A stretch of DNA of 64,000 nt. Source: Pirellulaceae bacterium (GTDB lineage: Bacteria > Planctomycetota > Planctomycetia > Pirellulales > Pirellulaceae). Shown in pieces: positions 16,648 to 26,490 of this stretch (position 1 is the stretch's first letter; every line of letters starts with the position of its first letter). The stretch covers positions 29,267 through 93,266 of the forward strand of contig JBKJNY010000062.1 in assembly GCA_046593355.1 (NCBI GenBank), given 5' to 3'. A model generated the notes under the pieces. The model searched no databases. It saw only the letters and a program-made list of their open reading frames with translations, and was not told the DNA's origin. Position numbers and translations under genes: made by a program.

Positions 16648-19600
16648 CTATTCGTCCACCACCACGGGCGGCGGGGCTAGCGCTGACGGCAACAGCCGCG
16701 GCTGGCTGCGTTTGGCGGAACGAATTTGCCCTGTTGAGGGCGGCAGCAAGGCCGGGTCCACATCGAGCGGTTGGAGCTCAATTCGGCCGGTGGATCGATC
16801 CAGGCGGGATTGCCTTTCCGCCGCGGGAGGTGCTTTTTCCGGGAGTACTTCGGCAGCGGGACCGGGCAGGACTTCGTCCGCTCCCGGAGCGCCCGGCGCA
16901 GCGGGCTTCATCCCCTTGTGGCCCGGCTGAGCGGGGGCCGCGGGAAGCTCCTCGAGGTCAAGAGGCAGTTTCGTGCCTTCGGGGATAGCGAAATTTCCTT
17001 CCTTCCGGAGCCAAGGGTCCGTCGAGCCGTAGTCCGGGCCGATTTCGCCGGGGTCGCACCATAGCCCCTCGTTATCGAGCACCATCATTCCCAGGTCGAA
17101 GTCCAGCGTTCGCCGCTGGGCTTCGTAGTTCACCCAGATGTTCATGAAGTTGTTCTGGGCGGTGAGCAAATCGGAAAGGGCGGAAACCGCATCGCGGGTG
17201 GCGGTCGCTCCCGTTGCCTGGTTCCCGAGTTCCTGCTGGATGCGGATGTCCTCATTCCGGTCGATCTGGCGGGCAGCTTCCAGCACGGCCAGCCGTTGCA
17301 GCTCGAAGTTGATTTGCTGGTTGGCAATGGCCCGCAATTCCGAGCGGAGCGTCCGGGCGACTCCGTCCTCGAAGGCGTAGAAGCTTCGCCGAGCCTGCTG
17401 ATACTCGATCAGCGCCTGGCGATAGGTGTTCCGCTCCGAAAGCCGCGTGATCGGGGCATCAAACTGGAAGCCGACGCGGAGGCGGCCGGTATCGCTGTTG
17501 AGATTGAAGGGGTTCTGCCCGACGTTGCCGATGTCGCCGCTGAAGAACAGGTTCAGCGAACTTTGCAGTTGATCGGCGTTGAACTGGATGAGGCGCCAGG
17601 AGTCGACCAGGGAGGCCCGAGCGTTCATCCAGTCGCGGCGGTAACGGCGGGCGATTTCCAGCGCCTGCTCGGCCCGCATATCGACGGGGTTTAGGTCCAC
17701 GCTCTCCGTGCGGGCCCGAGCCTGTACCAACTGCAAGGCCAGGATGTCCGACGGCAAGACGACGAAGATGTCGGGGACAGACCTCGTCGCTGGGTCATCG
17801 CCCCGTTTGGGATAAAGGACTCCTTCGTAAAGCGCCGTGAAGAGATCCTCCGGCGTCAGTGTCTTGCCGTCTTTCAAGAGCCCATCAATCTTCCCTTCGC
17901 GGACCGTCAAGTGGCTGCCGTAGGCCACATCCACTTTGACCGCGAACTCGCCCAACTGCTTTCGCAGCTCAGCCGCTTCGCGATCCAGACGCTCCACCCG
18001 AAAGACTTCCTGATTGACGTCCGGAGCCGGCAACAGCGGGCAGGGCTCCAGGCGGTAGGCCTCGATCTTTTCTTGCAGACGGGCGACCCAGGCCTTGCGC
18101 CGGGCAATCACCGCTTCGAACGCGTCAATGTCGGCTTTGACCCGCGGCAGATAGGTGGAGAGCAGCCGCTCGCGGATTGCCCGCGCGGGCTGCAAGGTTT
18201 CTTTCAAGTCGGCCAGATCCCGTTCCAGCTCGGGATACCACTCCAGGATCCGGACTACCCGCGTATTTGCCGGATTGACGGGGTCCGCTTCGGTTTTGGT
18301 TGTGATGTGAGCGGTGATGCGGAGGCGGACTTCGCCGAAGGCGGCGGTCACGCCATCCAGCTCCCGCTGTTCCTTGACCGTCTCGCGGTCGATGAGCTGG
18401 AATGGGCTGAGCAGGTCGCTTTCCACATCCATGCACAACTGCGGCGGCAGGCCCAGGCGAATCTTGAATGCATCCAGGCTGTCCTGGTAGCTGGCCCGCG
18501 AGTTGAGGATGGTGCTTTCGGAGTTGAAGAGCGCCTGCCGGGCCTGGGCGACTTGCAGATCCTGGCGCAGGATGTTGTCCACGAGCGCGGGGTCGCCGGC
18601 GCGGGTGCGAAGCTCGACCAGCAGTTGTTCCGAACGGAACAGGTTGCTGCGGAGGCGCTCCACGTTCTCTTCCTGGTTGCGGATGTTCTGCTGAGTCTGC
18701 AGCAGCGACAAGTACGAGAGGCTGAGTTGTTGCGCGCCGGCGCCGCCGCCGCTGGCAACGCCGCCGCCGGCAGTGGTGATGGTGGAGACATTGCCAAAGC
18801 CGCCGCCGCCGACGCCGGAGAAGCCTTCCAGTCCCGATCCGAACACACCGCCGCGGCGACTGGGGCCGCTGCCGGCGTTAGCACCGACCATGACTTGCAA
18901 GTAGAAGCCCTGGCGGTATTGCTCCATCGCCCGGACGTTGTACAGCAGCGTCCGCTCCGAGACGGTCAAGCGTTCCAAGATGCGGTCCCGCCCGGCGTTC
19001 CGCAGCAATGGCTGAATCAGGGCGAAGTCGATGAGCGTGTTGCCGCGATAGTCGTCCGGCCCGCTCAATTGCCAGACCAGCGAGTTCGCAAATCCGACGA
19101 CCAGCGTGCTGCCGGTGGTGTAAGCCTTTTGCATGGACCAGCCGCGCGGGCCGTTGGAGAATGTGCCGGTTTGCAAGAGGCTGCTGGATTGCCCGCCGCC
19201 GCCGGGCCGCTGCGGGCCGTCCGCAGTGAAGAAGGTCTGCCAGCCGGCGAAGCCCTGGCTATCGAACCGGAAGCGTTCAAAGCTGACGTCGAGCGCGGAC
19301 AAGTATAGCTGCTCAAGCTCCGCCTGGTACTCGCGGGAGTTGATGAGCCCGATGCGGACGGAATCGTCGGCACTCATGACGAGTTTGCCGTTTTCATCGA
19401 ACTGCAGGTATTCCATCCAGGCTGGGTTTTCCACTTCCATCCGCTGGCCATTGTCGTCCCAGAACGGCCAACCGCGTTTGCCGTCGACACAGTGCATGAA
19501 GCGATGGGCGTCGGGATCGTCCTCGGGAATCGGGGGACGATCGGGATTGTACGGGTCGTACATTCGGGAGCGAGGATCGACCGCGATCGAATAGCGGCCG

Positions 19601-19776
19601 CCGAGATCGGAGTGCGGGCTGACAACTTTTTCGCGGGTGAGGGCGAAGGCTTCCGCATCCGCCTGGCGACGGTAATAGGCCCGCGAACAACCGGTCGAGG
19701 CCAGTGTGGCGACGAGGATGCCCAAGAGCGCGAGGGTGATATGACGCCGCTGCTGATTTTGCTTGATCGAGTTCAC
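16648..19776 (-). CDS. Giant TolC-family outer-membrane lipoprotein (1042 aa)
   Basis: Lipobox LASTGC. Two OEP-like repeats (NSREYQAELEQLYLSALDVSFERFRF; RNTYRQALIEYQQARRSFYAFED). Gly-rich insert and a Pro/Ala-rich C-terminal tail. The GTG start overlaps the MarR stop (GTGA at 19776-19773). Confidence 0.7.
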   Translation of the reverse strand: MNSIKQNQQRRHITLALLGILVATLASTGCSRAYYRRQADAEAFALTREKVVSPHSDLGGRYSIAVDPRSRMYDPYNPDRPPIPEDDPDAHRFMHCVDGKRGWPFWDDNGQRMEVENPAWMEYLQFDENGKLVMSADDSVRIGLINSREYQAELEQLYLSALDVSFERFRFDSQGFAGWQTFFTADGPQRPGGGGQSSSLLQTGTFSNGPRGWSMQKAYTTGSTLVVGFANSLVWQLSGPDDYRGNTLIDFALIQPLLRNAGRDRILERLTVSERTLLYNVRAMEQYRQGFYLQVMVGANAGSGPSRRGGVFGSGLEGFSGVGGGGFGNVSTITTAGGGVASGGGAGAQQLSLSYLSLLQTQQNIRNQEENVERLRSNLFRSEQLLVELRTRAGDPALVDNILRQDLQVAQARQALFNSESTILNSRASYQDSLDAFKIRLGLPPQLCMDVESDLLSPFQLIDRETVKEQRELDGVTAAFGEVRLRITAHITTKTEADPVNPANTRVVRILEWYPELERDLADLKETLQPARAIRERLLSTYLPRVKADIDAFEAVIARRKAWVARLQEKIEAYRLEPCPLLPAPDVNQEVFRVERLDREAAELRKQLGEFAVKVDVAYGSHLTVREGKIDGLLKDGKTLTPEDLFTALYEGVLYPKRGDDPATRSVPDIFVVLPSDILALQLVQARARTESVDLNPVDMRAEQALEIARRYRRDWMNARASLVDSWRLIQFNADQLQSSLNLFFSGDIGNVGQNPFNLNSDTGRLRVGFQFDAPITRLSERNTYRQALIEYQQARRSFYAFEDGVARTLRSELRAIANQQINFELQRLAVLEAARQIDRNEDIRIQQELGNQATGATATRDAVSALSDLLTAQNNFMNIWVNYEAQRRTLDFDLGMMVLDNEGLWCDPGEIGPDYGSTDPWLRKEGNFAIPEGTKLPLDLEELPAAPAQPGHKGMKPAAPGAPGADEVLPGPAAEVLPEKAPPAAERQSRLDRSTGRIELQPLDVDPALLPPSTGQIRSAKRSQPRLLPSALAPPPVVVDE

Positions 19777-20363
19777 TTGCCGCCTCCTTGCTCCGTGGTA
19801 TCGGGACGGCTCCGCTGGCTGCTCAACCCATCGGGGTCAAAAGTACGAAGCGCCGCAGCGCCGGCGGAAATAGGCTGGGATAAGCGAGTGAAGACTTCTT
19901 GGGTGGCTTGCTGTTCGGGGAAAGAAACCAGGTCGTCGAGCTGCTGGGCGATGCTGCTGAGGCTGCCGCGAACTTGATGGAGCAGGTCTTCACCCTGGGC
20001 GAGCAAGCGCCAAACCTGGCGACGGCGGTCGACGGAGGAGCGTTTCATTTCCATCAGCCCTCGTTTGCGGAGCCCTTCGACCATGCTGCTCATTAACGCC
20101 GGCGACACGCCGACAGCCGTTGCCAGGTCTTGCTGCGCCCAGCCGGCGTGGTGGGCGCGGGCGTCACAGAGCCAGAGGACCAAACATTCGGCCCCGACGA
20201 GCCCCAGCGGGTGGACCTGCTCATCGAGCATGCCGCGGAGGCGGCGAAACGCCCCTCCCGCGGCATGAATGAGTTCCAGCAGACGATCGGCGTCTCCTTC
20301 GCCACGGTTGGGAGATGGAGCGACCCTGGGTGTTGCCACTGGCATGAGAAAGCTGCCCCCCAT
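19773..20363 (-). CDS. MarR-family transcriptional regulator
   Basis: Winged-HTH pattern QQDLATAVGVSPALMSSMVEGLRKRGLMEMKRSSVDRRRQVWRL. Start is uncertain (ATG 20363, ATG 20345 or TTG 20393). Confidence 0.7.
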   Translation of the reverse strand: MGGSFLMPVATPRVAPSPNRGEGDADRLLELIHAAGGAFRRLRGMLDEQVHPLGLVGAECLVLWLCDARAHHAGWAQQDLATAVGVSPALMSSMVEGLRKRGLMEMKRSSVDRRRQVWRLLAQGEDLLHQVRGSLSSIAQQLDDLVSFPEQQATQEVFTRLSQPISAGAAALRTFDPDGLSSQRSRPDTTEQGGGK

Positions 20364-20549
20364 CCCTGAAAACGAGCGACGCGGCCGGTACAATTGACAA
20401 AGTCAGCGCATCGCTTCGCTACGGAAAGATTCGGGAATAAACCGTTCAGACTTGAACGAATATGCGGAAGCTGCGGGTGATGCGCTCGTTTTCGCCCCAA
20501 ATCGCGTCAGGATAGGGATTTACGCGGGTCTAGAGTTCTTCCGCGAAAC

Positions 20550-20578
20550 TTGACACTCCAAATACCCCAGTTTATTAT
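20550..20578 (+). promoter_or_regulatory. Candidate sigma-70-type promoter for 20667-22157
   Basis: TTGACA (20550-20555), a 17-nt spacer, then TATTAT (20573-20578), about 90 nt upstream of the ATG. Planctomycete promoter rules are poorly known, so this is weak. Confidence 0.3.
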
Positions 20579-20666
20579 CGAGTTCATGGCCTTTTTCGCC
20601 GCCCCACCAGGCGGTGTACGCGGGCCGCATCCCTAGAGCCACTCTCTTTCGCTACGGCGGTTCGCG

Positions 20667-22157
20667 ATGGGCGATTACGCAATCATCTTTCAAGGCCTGG
20701 GCGTACTGCTCGCGCTGTTCTTCATCTTTCTGACGGTGATGAATTTCAAGACGTGGCGCTGGCTCCATGCGCTGACCACGTTTGCCGTCTTTTGCGCCGT
20801 GGGGACGTTCATGGTCTATGCCGCCCTGGTGATGAAGACTCGTCTGGCCTGGAATGAATCCGTCGCGAAGTTTAACGACGCCAACGAAAAGCAAGCCAGG
20901 AATGTCGAGAAGCTCGTCAACGGCAGTCCCGAAGAGCCGGCCTCCATCGAAACGTCGCTCGCCCATTATCGAAGTGAGCTGGCCCGAGCCTTGGTGGACC
21001 GCGGCCGCGTGTGGCGCAATTGCATTCCCGCCGGTACTGCGGATACCGTGACGTTGACGATGAATCTTGGGGCCGCTCCCGCGCCGCCTCCGGTGGATCC
21101 GGCGGCTCTGCCTCCCGCGGTTCCCGCAGCGCCGGCGGCTCCCGCGGTGGCGAAGAAGCATGAGTTGAAAGCCCAGGACATCGTGTTCGCATTCAAGGAA
21201 TCCCCCCCGCAGCAAGGTTCACTGCCGGTTTATTATGTGGGAGAATTCCAGGTCACCGCCGTCACCGAGACCACCGTGACCCTGAAGATGACCCCCACGT
21301 ATCTGCGCGGCCCCGTTCAGGCCAATGAAGTCGACACTCCCTGGATGCTGTACGAAGTTCTGCCGCCCGACGCCCACGAGCCTTTTGCGTTCGCCAAGGA
21401 AGTGCAGAAGGCCCAGCGGATAGACCTGCTCACCAAACTGGGAATTCCCGCCGCCGCCGCGGAAAGTTACGCCCGCACCAACGAGCCCGGTGACGCCAAT
21501 GACCCCAAGGACAACACCTGGGTCGAAGTGAAGTTCACCAAATCCCACGAGATTACGGTGGATGCCGCATCGATGGTTTCTCCCGTCGAGGAGAAGCACT
21601 TTGATGCTCAGGGGCAGGCCCAGATTCCGCGTCTGCTTCGCACCAGGGACATCAAAACGCCCGAGCCGGTGAAGTTCGCCAAAGACGACCTTGCGATTTT
21701 CGACCAGGCGACCGCGGATGACCTGATCAATCGAGGAATCGCGCAGCGGCAGAGGCTGATCTATGTCCGCCAGCTCAACGACTATGAACAGGCATTCCAG
21801 GTCATCAGCCGCAAGCTGTACGTTCTGCGGGACAAGACGGCCGTGGTCGTGCGAGACACAGCCTCCGTCGTGGAAGCCCGGCTGGCGGCCGTTGAACAGA
21901 CCAAGCTGCAGGAGGCCGAGAAGTTGCTGCTGCAAGCCGATTATGACAAGGTGGTTTACGAGCGGGACGAAATGAAGAAGTACGCCGACGCCGTCGCCGC
22001 CCGCATCAAGGAAAAGCGTACCGAGATGAGCCGGCTGTACCTGAACAACAAGGTTCTGTATCAACAGCTCCAGGAACTCAACCGGCTGCTGACCGAAGAG
22101 GTGGAGCGCAAACAGCGCGAAGCCACGCTCCCGGCTTTGGCGGATGAGAAGAAGTAA
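20667..22157 (+). CDS. Hypothetical membrane protein with long C-terminal coiled coil
   Basis: Two N-terminal TM helices, a Pro/Ala-rich linker, and a heptad-like C-terminus (EKLLLQADYDKVVYERDEMKKYADAVAARIKEKRTEM...). No family recognised. Confidence 0.65.
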   Translation: MGDYAIIFQGLGVLLALFFIFLTVMNFKTWRWLHALTTFAVFCAVGTFMVYAALVMKTRLAWNESVAKFNDANEKQARNVEKLVNGSPEEPASIETSLAHYRSELARALVDRGRVWRNCIPAGTADTVTLTMNLGAAPAPPPVDPAALPPAVPAAPAAPAVAKKHELKAQDIVFAFKESPPQQGSLPVYYVGEFQVTAVTETTVTLKMTPTYLRGPVQANEVDTPWMLYEVLPPDAHEPFAFAKEVQKAQRIDLLTKLGIPAAAAESYARTNEPGDANDPKDNTWVEVKFTKSHEITVDAASMVSPVEEKHFDAQGQAQIPRLLRTRDIKTPEPVKFAKDDLAIFDQATADDLINRGIAQRQRLIYVRQLNDYEQAFQVISRKLYVLRDKTAVVVRDTASVVEARLAAVEQTKLQEAEKLLLQADYDKVVYERDEMKKYADAVAARIKEKRTEMSRLYLNNKVLYQQLQELNRLLTEEVERKQREATLPALADEKK

Positions 22158-22253
22158 GCTCTACGCTCCTTTCGTGGCCTCTGGTTGAAATCGCTTGCCT
22201 GACAAGCGAGATTAGGGACTCGCATCTTCGTCCCTTCAGCCGAGATCCCCTCC

Positions 22254-23231
22254 ATGAATTCCGCACACCCCGTCTCTCGCCGTGATGCCATTACGGCTGG
22301 CCTGGCTGCCGCCGCACTATCCGCGGTTCCACCTCTGCCTGTTGCCGCTGCCGAGAAGGAGCCCGCCGTGGACCTGAAGAAGCATCCCTACATCGACGCC
22401 CATTCGCACATCTGGTCCCCGGAAACCGACAAGTGGCCACTGGCAAACGGGAAGACCAAACAGGATCTCGACCCGCCCAGCTTCACTCCCGATGAGCTGC
22501 TCAAGCTGGCGCATTCCGTCGGCGTCGGCAGAGTGGTGCTCATCCAGCACACGCTCTATCACGGCTACGACAACACGTATCTCTTGGACGCCGCCAAGGC
22601 CCATCCCGGCGTCTTCGCGGTGACGGGAATGGTCAACGACACCAAGCCCAATCCCGGCCAAGCCATGCGCGACTTGCACAAGAAGGGGGTGAAAGCCTTC
22701 CGCATCACTTCGCGCCCCGGCATCGGCGCGGGGGGCGGCGAGAAGTGGCTCAGCGGACCGGGCATGGCCGAAATGTGGAAAACCGCTGCCGAGACGGGGC
22801 AGGTGATGGCCTGCCTGATTGACGCTATGGATCTTCCGGGGGTCGACGCGATGTGCAAGAAGAACCCCGGTACGACAGTGGTCATCGACCACTTCGCCCG
22901 CATCGGCGTCGACGGCAGGGTACACGACAACGACCTCAAACAGTTATGCGCATTGGCCAAGCACAAGAAGACCTACGTCAAGCTCTCCGCTTACTACGCC
23001 CTCGGCAAAAAAAAGCCTCCTTATCTCGACCTGACTCCGATGATCCGCCGGCTACTCGACGCCTACACCCCCGACCGCTGCATGTGGGCCAGCGACGCGC
23101 CGTACCAGACGCAGGGAGACAACACCTACCAAGCCTCCATCGAACTCATACGGGACAAGCTCGATTTCCTCTCCGCCGGGGATAAGGAGAAACTGCTGAC
23201 AAAGACCGCGGAGGGAGTGTACTTCTCCTAA
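22254..23231 (+). CDS. Amidohydrolase-2 family metal-dependent hydrolase, Tat-type signal
   Basis: VSRRDAITAG signal. IDAHSHIW metal-binding motif. TIM-barrel hydrolase length. Confidence 0.8.
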   Translation: MNSAHPVSRRDAITAGLAAAALSAVPPLPVAAAEKEPAVDLKKHPYIDAHSHIWSPETDKWPLANGKTKQDLDPPSFTPDELLKLAHSVGVGRVVLIQHTLYHGYDNTYLLDAAKAHPGVFAVTGMVNDTKPNPGQAMRDLHKKGVKAFRITSRPGIGAGGGEKWLSGPGMAEMWKTAAETGQVMACLIDAMDLPGVDAMCKKNPGTTVVIDHFARIGVDGRVHDNDLKQLCALAKHKKTYVKLSAYYALGKKKPPYLDLTPMIRRLLDAYTPDRCMWASDAPYQTQGDNTYQASIELIRDKLDFLSAGDKEKLLTKTAEGVYFS

Positions 23232-23258
23232 GCCGCAACCACACGTCGCCCGTTCTAT

Positions 23259-25022
23259 CTACTCCAAAATCATGTCATCCACCGTCCGCCCGCCGGGAAT
23301 CATCGGCAGCACGTGCTCGACGTAGGGGACTTGCACATTGAGCAGGTACGGGCCGTCGCTGTCGATCATTTCTTCGATCGCGCCGGCCAGGTCGGACTTC
23401 TGGCTGATGGTGGCAGCGCCCCAGCCGTAGCCTTTGGCGATGCTGACGAAGTCGGGGTAGCGCTCGCTGACGAAGTTGGCGCCCCCTTTGCCCTTCGCCT
23501 CGAGGTGGTCGATGGGGCCGAGGTAGGTGTGGGCCCGGTTCTTGTCGTGAAAGCGGTCCTCCCACTGCACCACCATCCCCAGGTGCTGGTTGTCGAGCAG
23601 CAGCACCTTGACCGGCAGCTTCTCGCAGAAGCAAGTAGCCATCTCCTGGATGTTCATCTGGTAGCTGCCGTCGCCGTCGATATCGACCACGAGAGCATCG
23701 GGGTGAGCTGCCTGCACCCCCATCGCGGCAGGTAGGCCAAACCCCATCGTCCCCAGGCCGCTGGAGGAGAGCCAGGTGCGGGGGTGCTTGAACTTGAGGA
23801 ATTGCGCCGACCACATTTGATGCTGGCCCACGCCGACCGTGAAGAACGTCTGCCGGTCCTGCGTCAAGCGATTGAGCTCCGCGATGGCATGTTGCTGCAA
23901 GATGCCGTCAAAGCCGGGGTCAAACTTGAAGGGATGAGCGTCCTTCCAGTCGAGAACGGTCTTCACCCAGGGGGCGATATCTGGCGCTTCCACAATCTTG
24001 TTGAGCTCCTGCAGCACCGGCTTCACATCGCTGCAGACCGGGATATGAGCCGTCTTGTTCTTGTTGAGTTCGGAGGCGTCAATATCGACGTGGATAATCT
24101 TGGCGTGTTTGGCGAAGGCCTCGATCTTGCCGGTCACCCGATCGTCGAACCGGACCCCGAGGGCAATGAGCAGGTCGCAATCGCGGATCGCCCAGTTGGC
24201 GTACACGCTGCCGTGCATCCCCAACATGTCCAGCGAGAGGGGGCCTTCGCTGGGATACGCGCCCAGGCCCATCACCGTCATCGTGATGGGAATGCCCGTC
24301 TTGCGGACCAACTCGCGAAGCTCCGCCGACGCATTGCCGGAGATGATGCCACCGCCGGCGTAGATCAGCGGCCGCTTGGCCAGCTTGATGGCCGCGGCGA
24401 TTTGCTTGATCTGCTCGGGCTGGGCCTGCTTGTTTTTCCCCGTGTAGCCGGGCAGATTCATGGGGACGTTCCAGTCCACGCTCACCTTCTCCTGCTGGAT
24501 GTTCTTGGGCATGTCGATCAGCACCGGCCCCGGCCGCCCGGTGGTGGCGATGAAGAACGCCTCCTTCATCACGCGGGCCAGATCGTTCACGTCCGTCACC
24601 ATGTAATGGTGCTTGGTGATGCCGCGGCAGACCTCGACGATGGGGGTTTCCTGAAAAGCATCCAGGCCGATGTTCCAGGTCGGAACCTGCCCGGTGATTG
24701 CAATCAGCGGAACGCTGTCCAGCTTGGCGTCGGCGATGGCGGTGACCAGATTCGTCGCCCCCGGACCGCTCGTCGCCATGCAGACGCCGACCTTGCCGGT
24801 GCTGCGAGCGTACCCCTGAGCGGCAAAGGCCCCACCTTGCTCATGCCGCGGCAGGATGGTGCGAATCTTGTCCGCATATTTCGTCAGCGACTGGTGCATC
24901 GGCATGCTGCACCCGCCCGGATAGGCGAAGAGGATCTCGACCCCGTGATCCACCAGCGATTTCACGAGGATGTCGGCCCCGCTCATCAACTGGGTTTCGG
25001 TGGCAGGGGTCAGCGTAGGCAT
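23259..25022 (-). CDS. ilvB: Acetolactate synthase (acetohydroxyacid synthase) large subunit
   Basis: [40 protein letters not shown]. ThDP motif [14 protein letters not shown]...[11 protein letters not shown]. Start moved to ATG 25022, preceded by GAGGAG. The upstream extension of the track ORF is encoded by repeat C. Confidence 0.9.
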   Translation of the reverse strand: MPTLTPATETQLMSGADILVKSLVDHGVEILFAYPGGCSMPMHQSLTKYADKIRTILPRHEQGGAFAAQGYARSTGKVGVCMATSGPGATNLVTAIADAKLDSVPLIAITGQVPTWNIGLDAFQETPIVEVCRGITKHHYMVTDVNDLARVMKEAFFIATTGRPGPVLIDMPKNIQQEKVSVDWNVPMNLPGYTGKNKQAQPEQIKQIAAAIKLAKRPLIYAGGGIISGNASAELRELVRKTGIPITMTVMGLGAYPSEGPLSLDMLGMHGSVYANWAIRDCDLLIALGVRFDDRVTGKIEAFAKHAKIIHVDIDASELNKNKTAHIPVCSDVKPVLQELNKIVEAPDIAPWVKTVLDWKDAHPFKFDPGFDGILQQHAIAELNRLTQDRQTFFTVGVGQHQMWSAQFLKFKHPRTWLSSSGLGTMGFGLPAAMGVQAAHPDALVVDIDGDGSYQMNIQEMATCFCEKLPVKVLLLDNQHLGMVVQWEDRFHDKNRAHTYLGPIDHLEAKGKGGANFVSERYPDFVSIAKGYGWGAATISQKSDLAGAIEEMIDSDGPYLLNVQVPYVEHVLPMIPGGRTVDDMILE

Positions 25023-25036
25023 CACAGGCTCCTCAA

Positions 25037-25090
25037 GTAGTCCGCTCACTCCGTGAGCGGACATTCCTGCACACGGAGTGTGCAGGCTAC
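25037..25090. repeat. Double-hairpin repeat family C, copy 2
   Basis: GTAGTCCGCTCACTCCGTGAGCGGACATTCCTGCACACGGAGTGTGCAGGCTAC, 14 nt upstream of the ilvB start. Confidence 0.85.
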
Positions 25091-25276
25091 TTACTATTGG
25101 GATTACGACGGAAACTTCTTAGATTATGACACACTGCCTAATTTTTCAAGGGCTTCGCGGCCCGCTAATTGGCATAAATGCTTACTGTCAATCATGTTAT
25201 GACGAATCTAACGCAAGTGAGGTAGGCTTCCAGCCTGCCCTTCTGACTTCAGCCCTCTAACCTCTACCCTCCTCCC

Positions 25277-25690
25277 ATGCGTGATGCCCTCCTCGTCGCT
25301 CTCGGCGGCACCCTCGGAGCCCTGGCCCGCTACGCCGTCGGCCTCGCCCTCCCGCACACCCCCGGCAAGCACTTCCCAATCGCCACGCTCCTCGTCAACG
25401 TCGTCGGCTGTCTGCTCATCGGAATGATTGGCCAACTCCTGCAAAGGTTCGCGGCCGATGCCTCCGTCAAGCCAAACGCCTCAGAACTATTGCTCATCGC
25501 CACCCTCCGCCAGGCCGTCATCGTCGGCTTCCTCGGCGGCCTCACCACCTTCTCCGCCTTCGGCTGGGACACCACCCGCCTCTTCCTGGACGACCGCCCG
25601 CTCCTCGCCCTGTCCAACATCGCCGCCAACCTCCTCGCCGGCCTCTTCGCCGTCTGGCTCGGCATCCTGCTGGTCAAAATGTGGAGTTAG
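25277..25690 (+). CDS. crcB: Fluoride ion channel CrcB/FluC
   Basis: LGGTLGALARY and GFLGGLTTFSAF signatures. Four TM segments in 137 aa. Confidence 0.9.
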   Translation: MRDALLVALGGTLGALARYAVGLALPHTPGKHFPIATLLVNVVGCLLIGMIGQLLQRFAADASVKPNASELLLIATLRQAVIVGFLGGLTTFSAFGWDTTRLFLDDRPLLALSNIAANLLAGLFAVWLGILLVKMWS

Positions 25691-26100
25691 TTCGATGCAG
25701 GATGGCCTTTCCACGCCATCCCAATTCATGATTCACGCTCCTGTTGATACCGCTTTTTGATCACTCCTTTCGGGAATCTCGCGCTGCCGGCCCGTCTCCC
25801 CAACTCCTTTCCACTTCTGACTTTCCGTCATATATTTTGATACTTCTGTGATACATTTCCATCTCTTTTAACCAAATTTTGATACCCAACCTTTGCCTAA
25901 CTACAATCGCGACAATATGTTGCGCCCTGTATCTTGTGATTTTTGACGTTTGACCGCTGGGTAGTCACAAAGAGATAATGGTGAATAAGTCGCCGACCAT
26001 CATTTTGCAACTCCTTAGCCCGCCGCGAGTTACCAATTCCGCCCCGCCGACATTTTCACCACCCCCCTCCTCGGAAGTGGGGACAACCCGTATCAGGCTG

Positions 26101-26130
26101 TCTCAAATCTCAAATCTCAAATCTCAAATC
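26101..26130. repeat. Heptamer array (CTCAAAT x4), family D
   Basis: TCTCAAATCTCAAATCTCAAATCTCAAATC. Related arrays lie at 45252-45279, 52728-52763 and 63138-63252. Confidence 0.9.
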
Positions 26131-26490
26131 TCAAATCGCCTTCCCTCGGCTCCTTCTTCCAATCGCGCGCAGCATCGCCCCGCTTTCCGCATCTGTTCCT
26201 GTTCAATTGCCAAAGACCTTACCGGATTCTCGCCGGCCCGATTTGACCCAATTGTACACTAATACTAAGTGTCCGGCAAGTCCCCGAAAGAGGGGGGGGG
26301 CGAGATTTTTTACGGTGCGTCTCCACGAACCTGAGCGTGGTTTACCAGGCTCTCTCCCATTAGGCCCGCCGTTTACGCGGGTTAACGGCTTGCTCGCACA
26401 ACTGGCAGTCGAAACCGACTACGATAACGCCACGTCGGGAGTTCCCAATACCTGGGCCATCGAACGGCTGTTATTGAGGTGTGGTGCGAA

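Noticed and set aside
25100-25276. Fluoride (crcB-motif) riboswitch upstream of crcB
   Set aside because: I looked for the conserved GGCGAUGG...CCAUAAACGC...GCUAAUGA core. Only scattered GCTAAT and CATAAA strings are present, in the wrong order and without the pairing context. An Infernal scan with RF01734 would settle it.
26101-26130. CRISPR array (this site, the other heptamer arrays, and the hexamer array at 28559-28594)
   Set aside because: The repeat units are 6-7 nt and directly tandem with no spacers, and there are no cas genes in the window. These are microsatellite-like arrays.
26260-26480. tmRNA, tRNA or other known structured RNA in the long crcB-EEP spacer
   Set aside because: There is no T-arm (GGTTCGAATCC-like) sequence, no acceptor-stem pairing and no plausible tag reading frame ending in ALAA. 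Only short generic hairpins are present.
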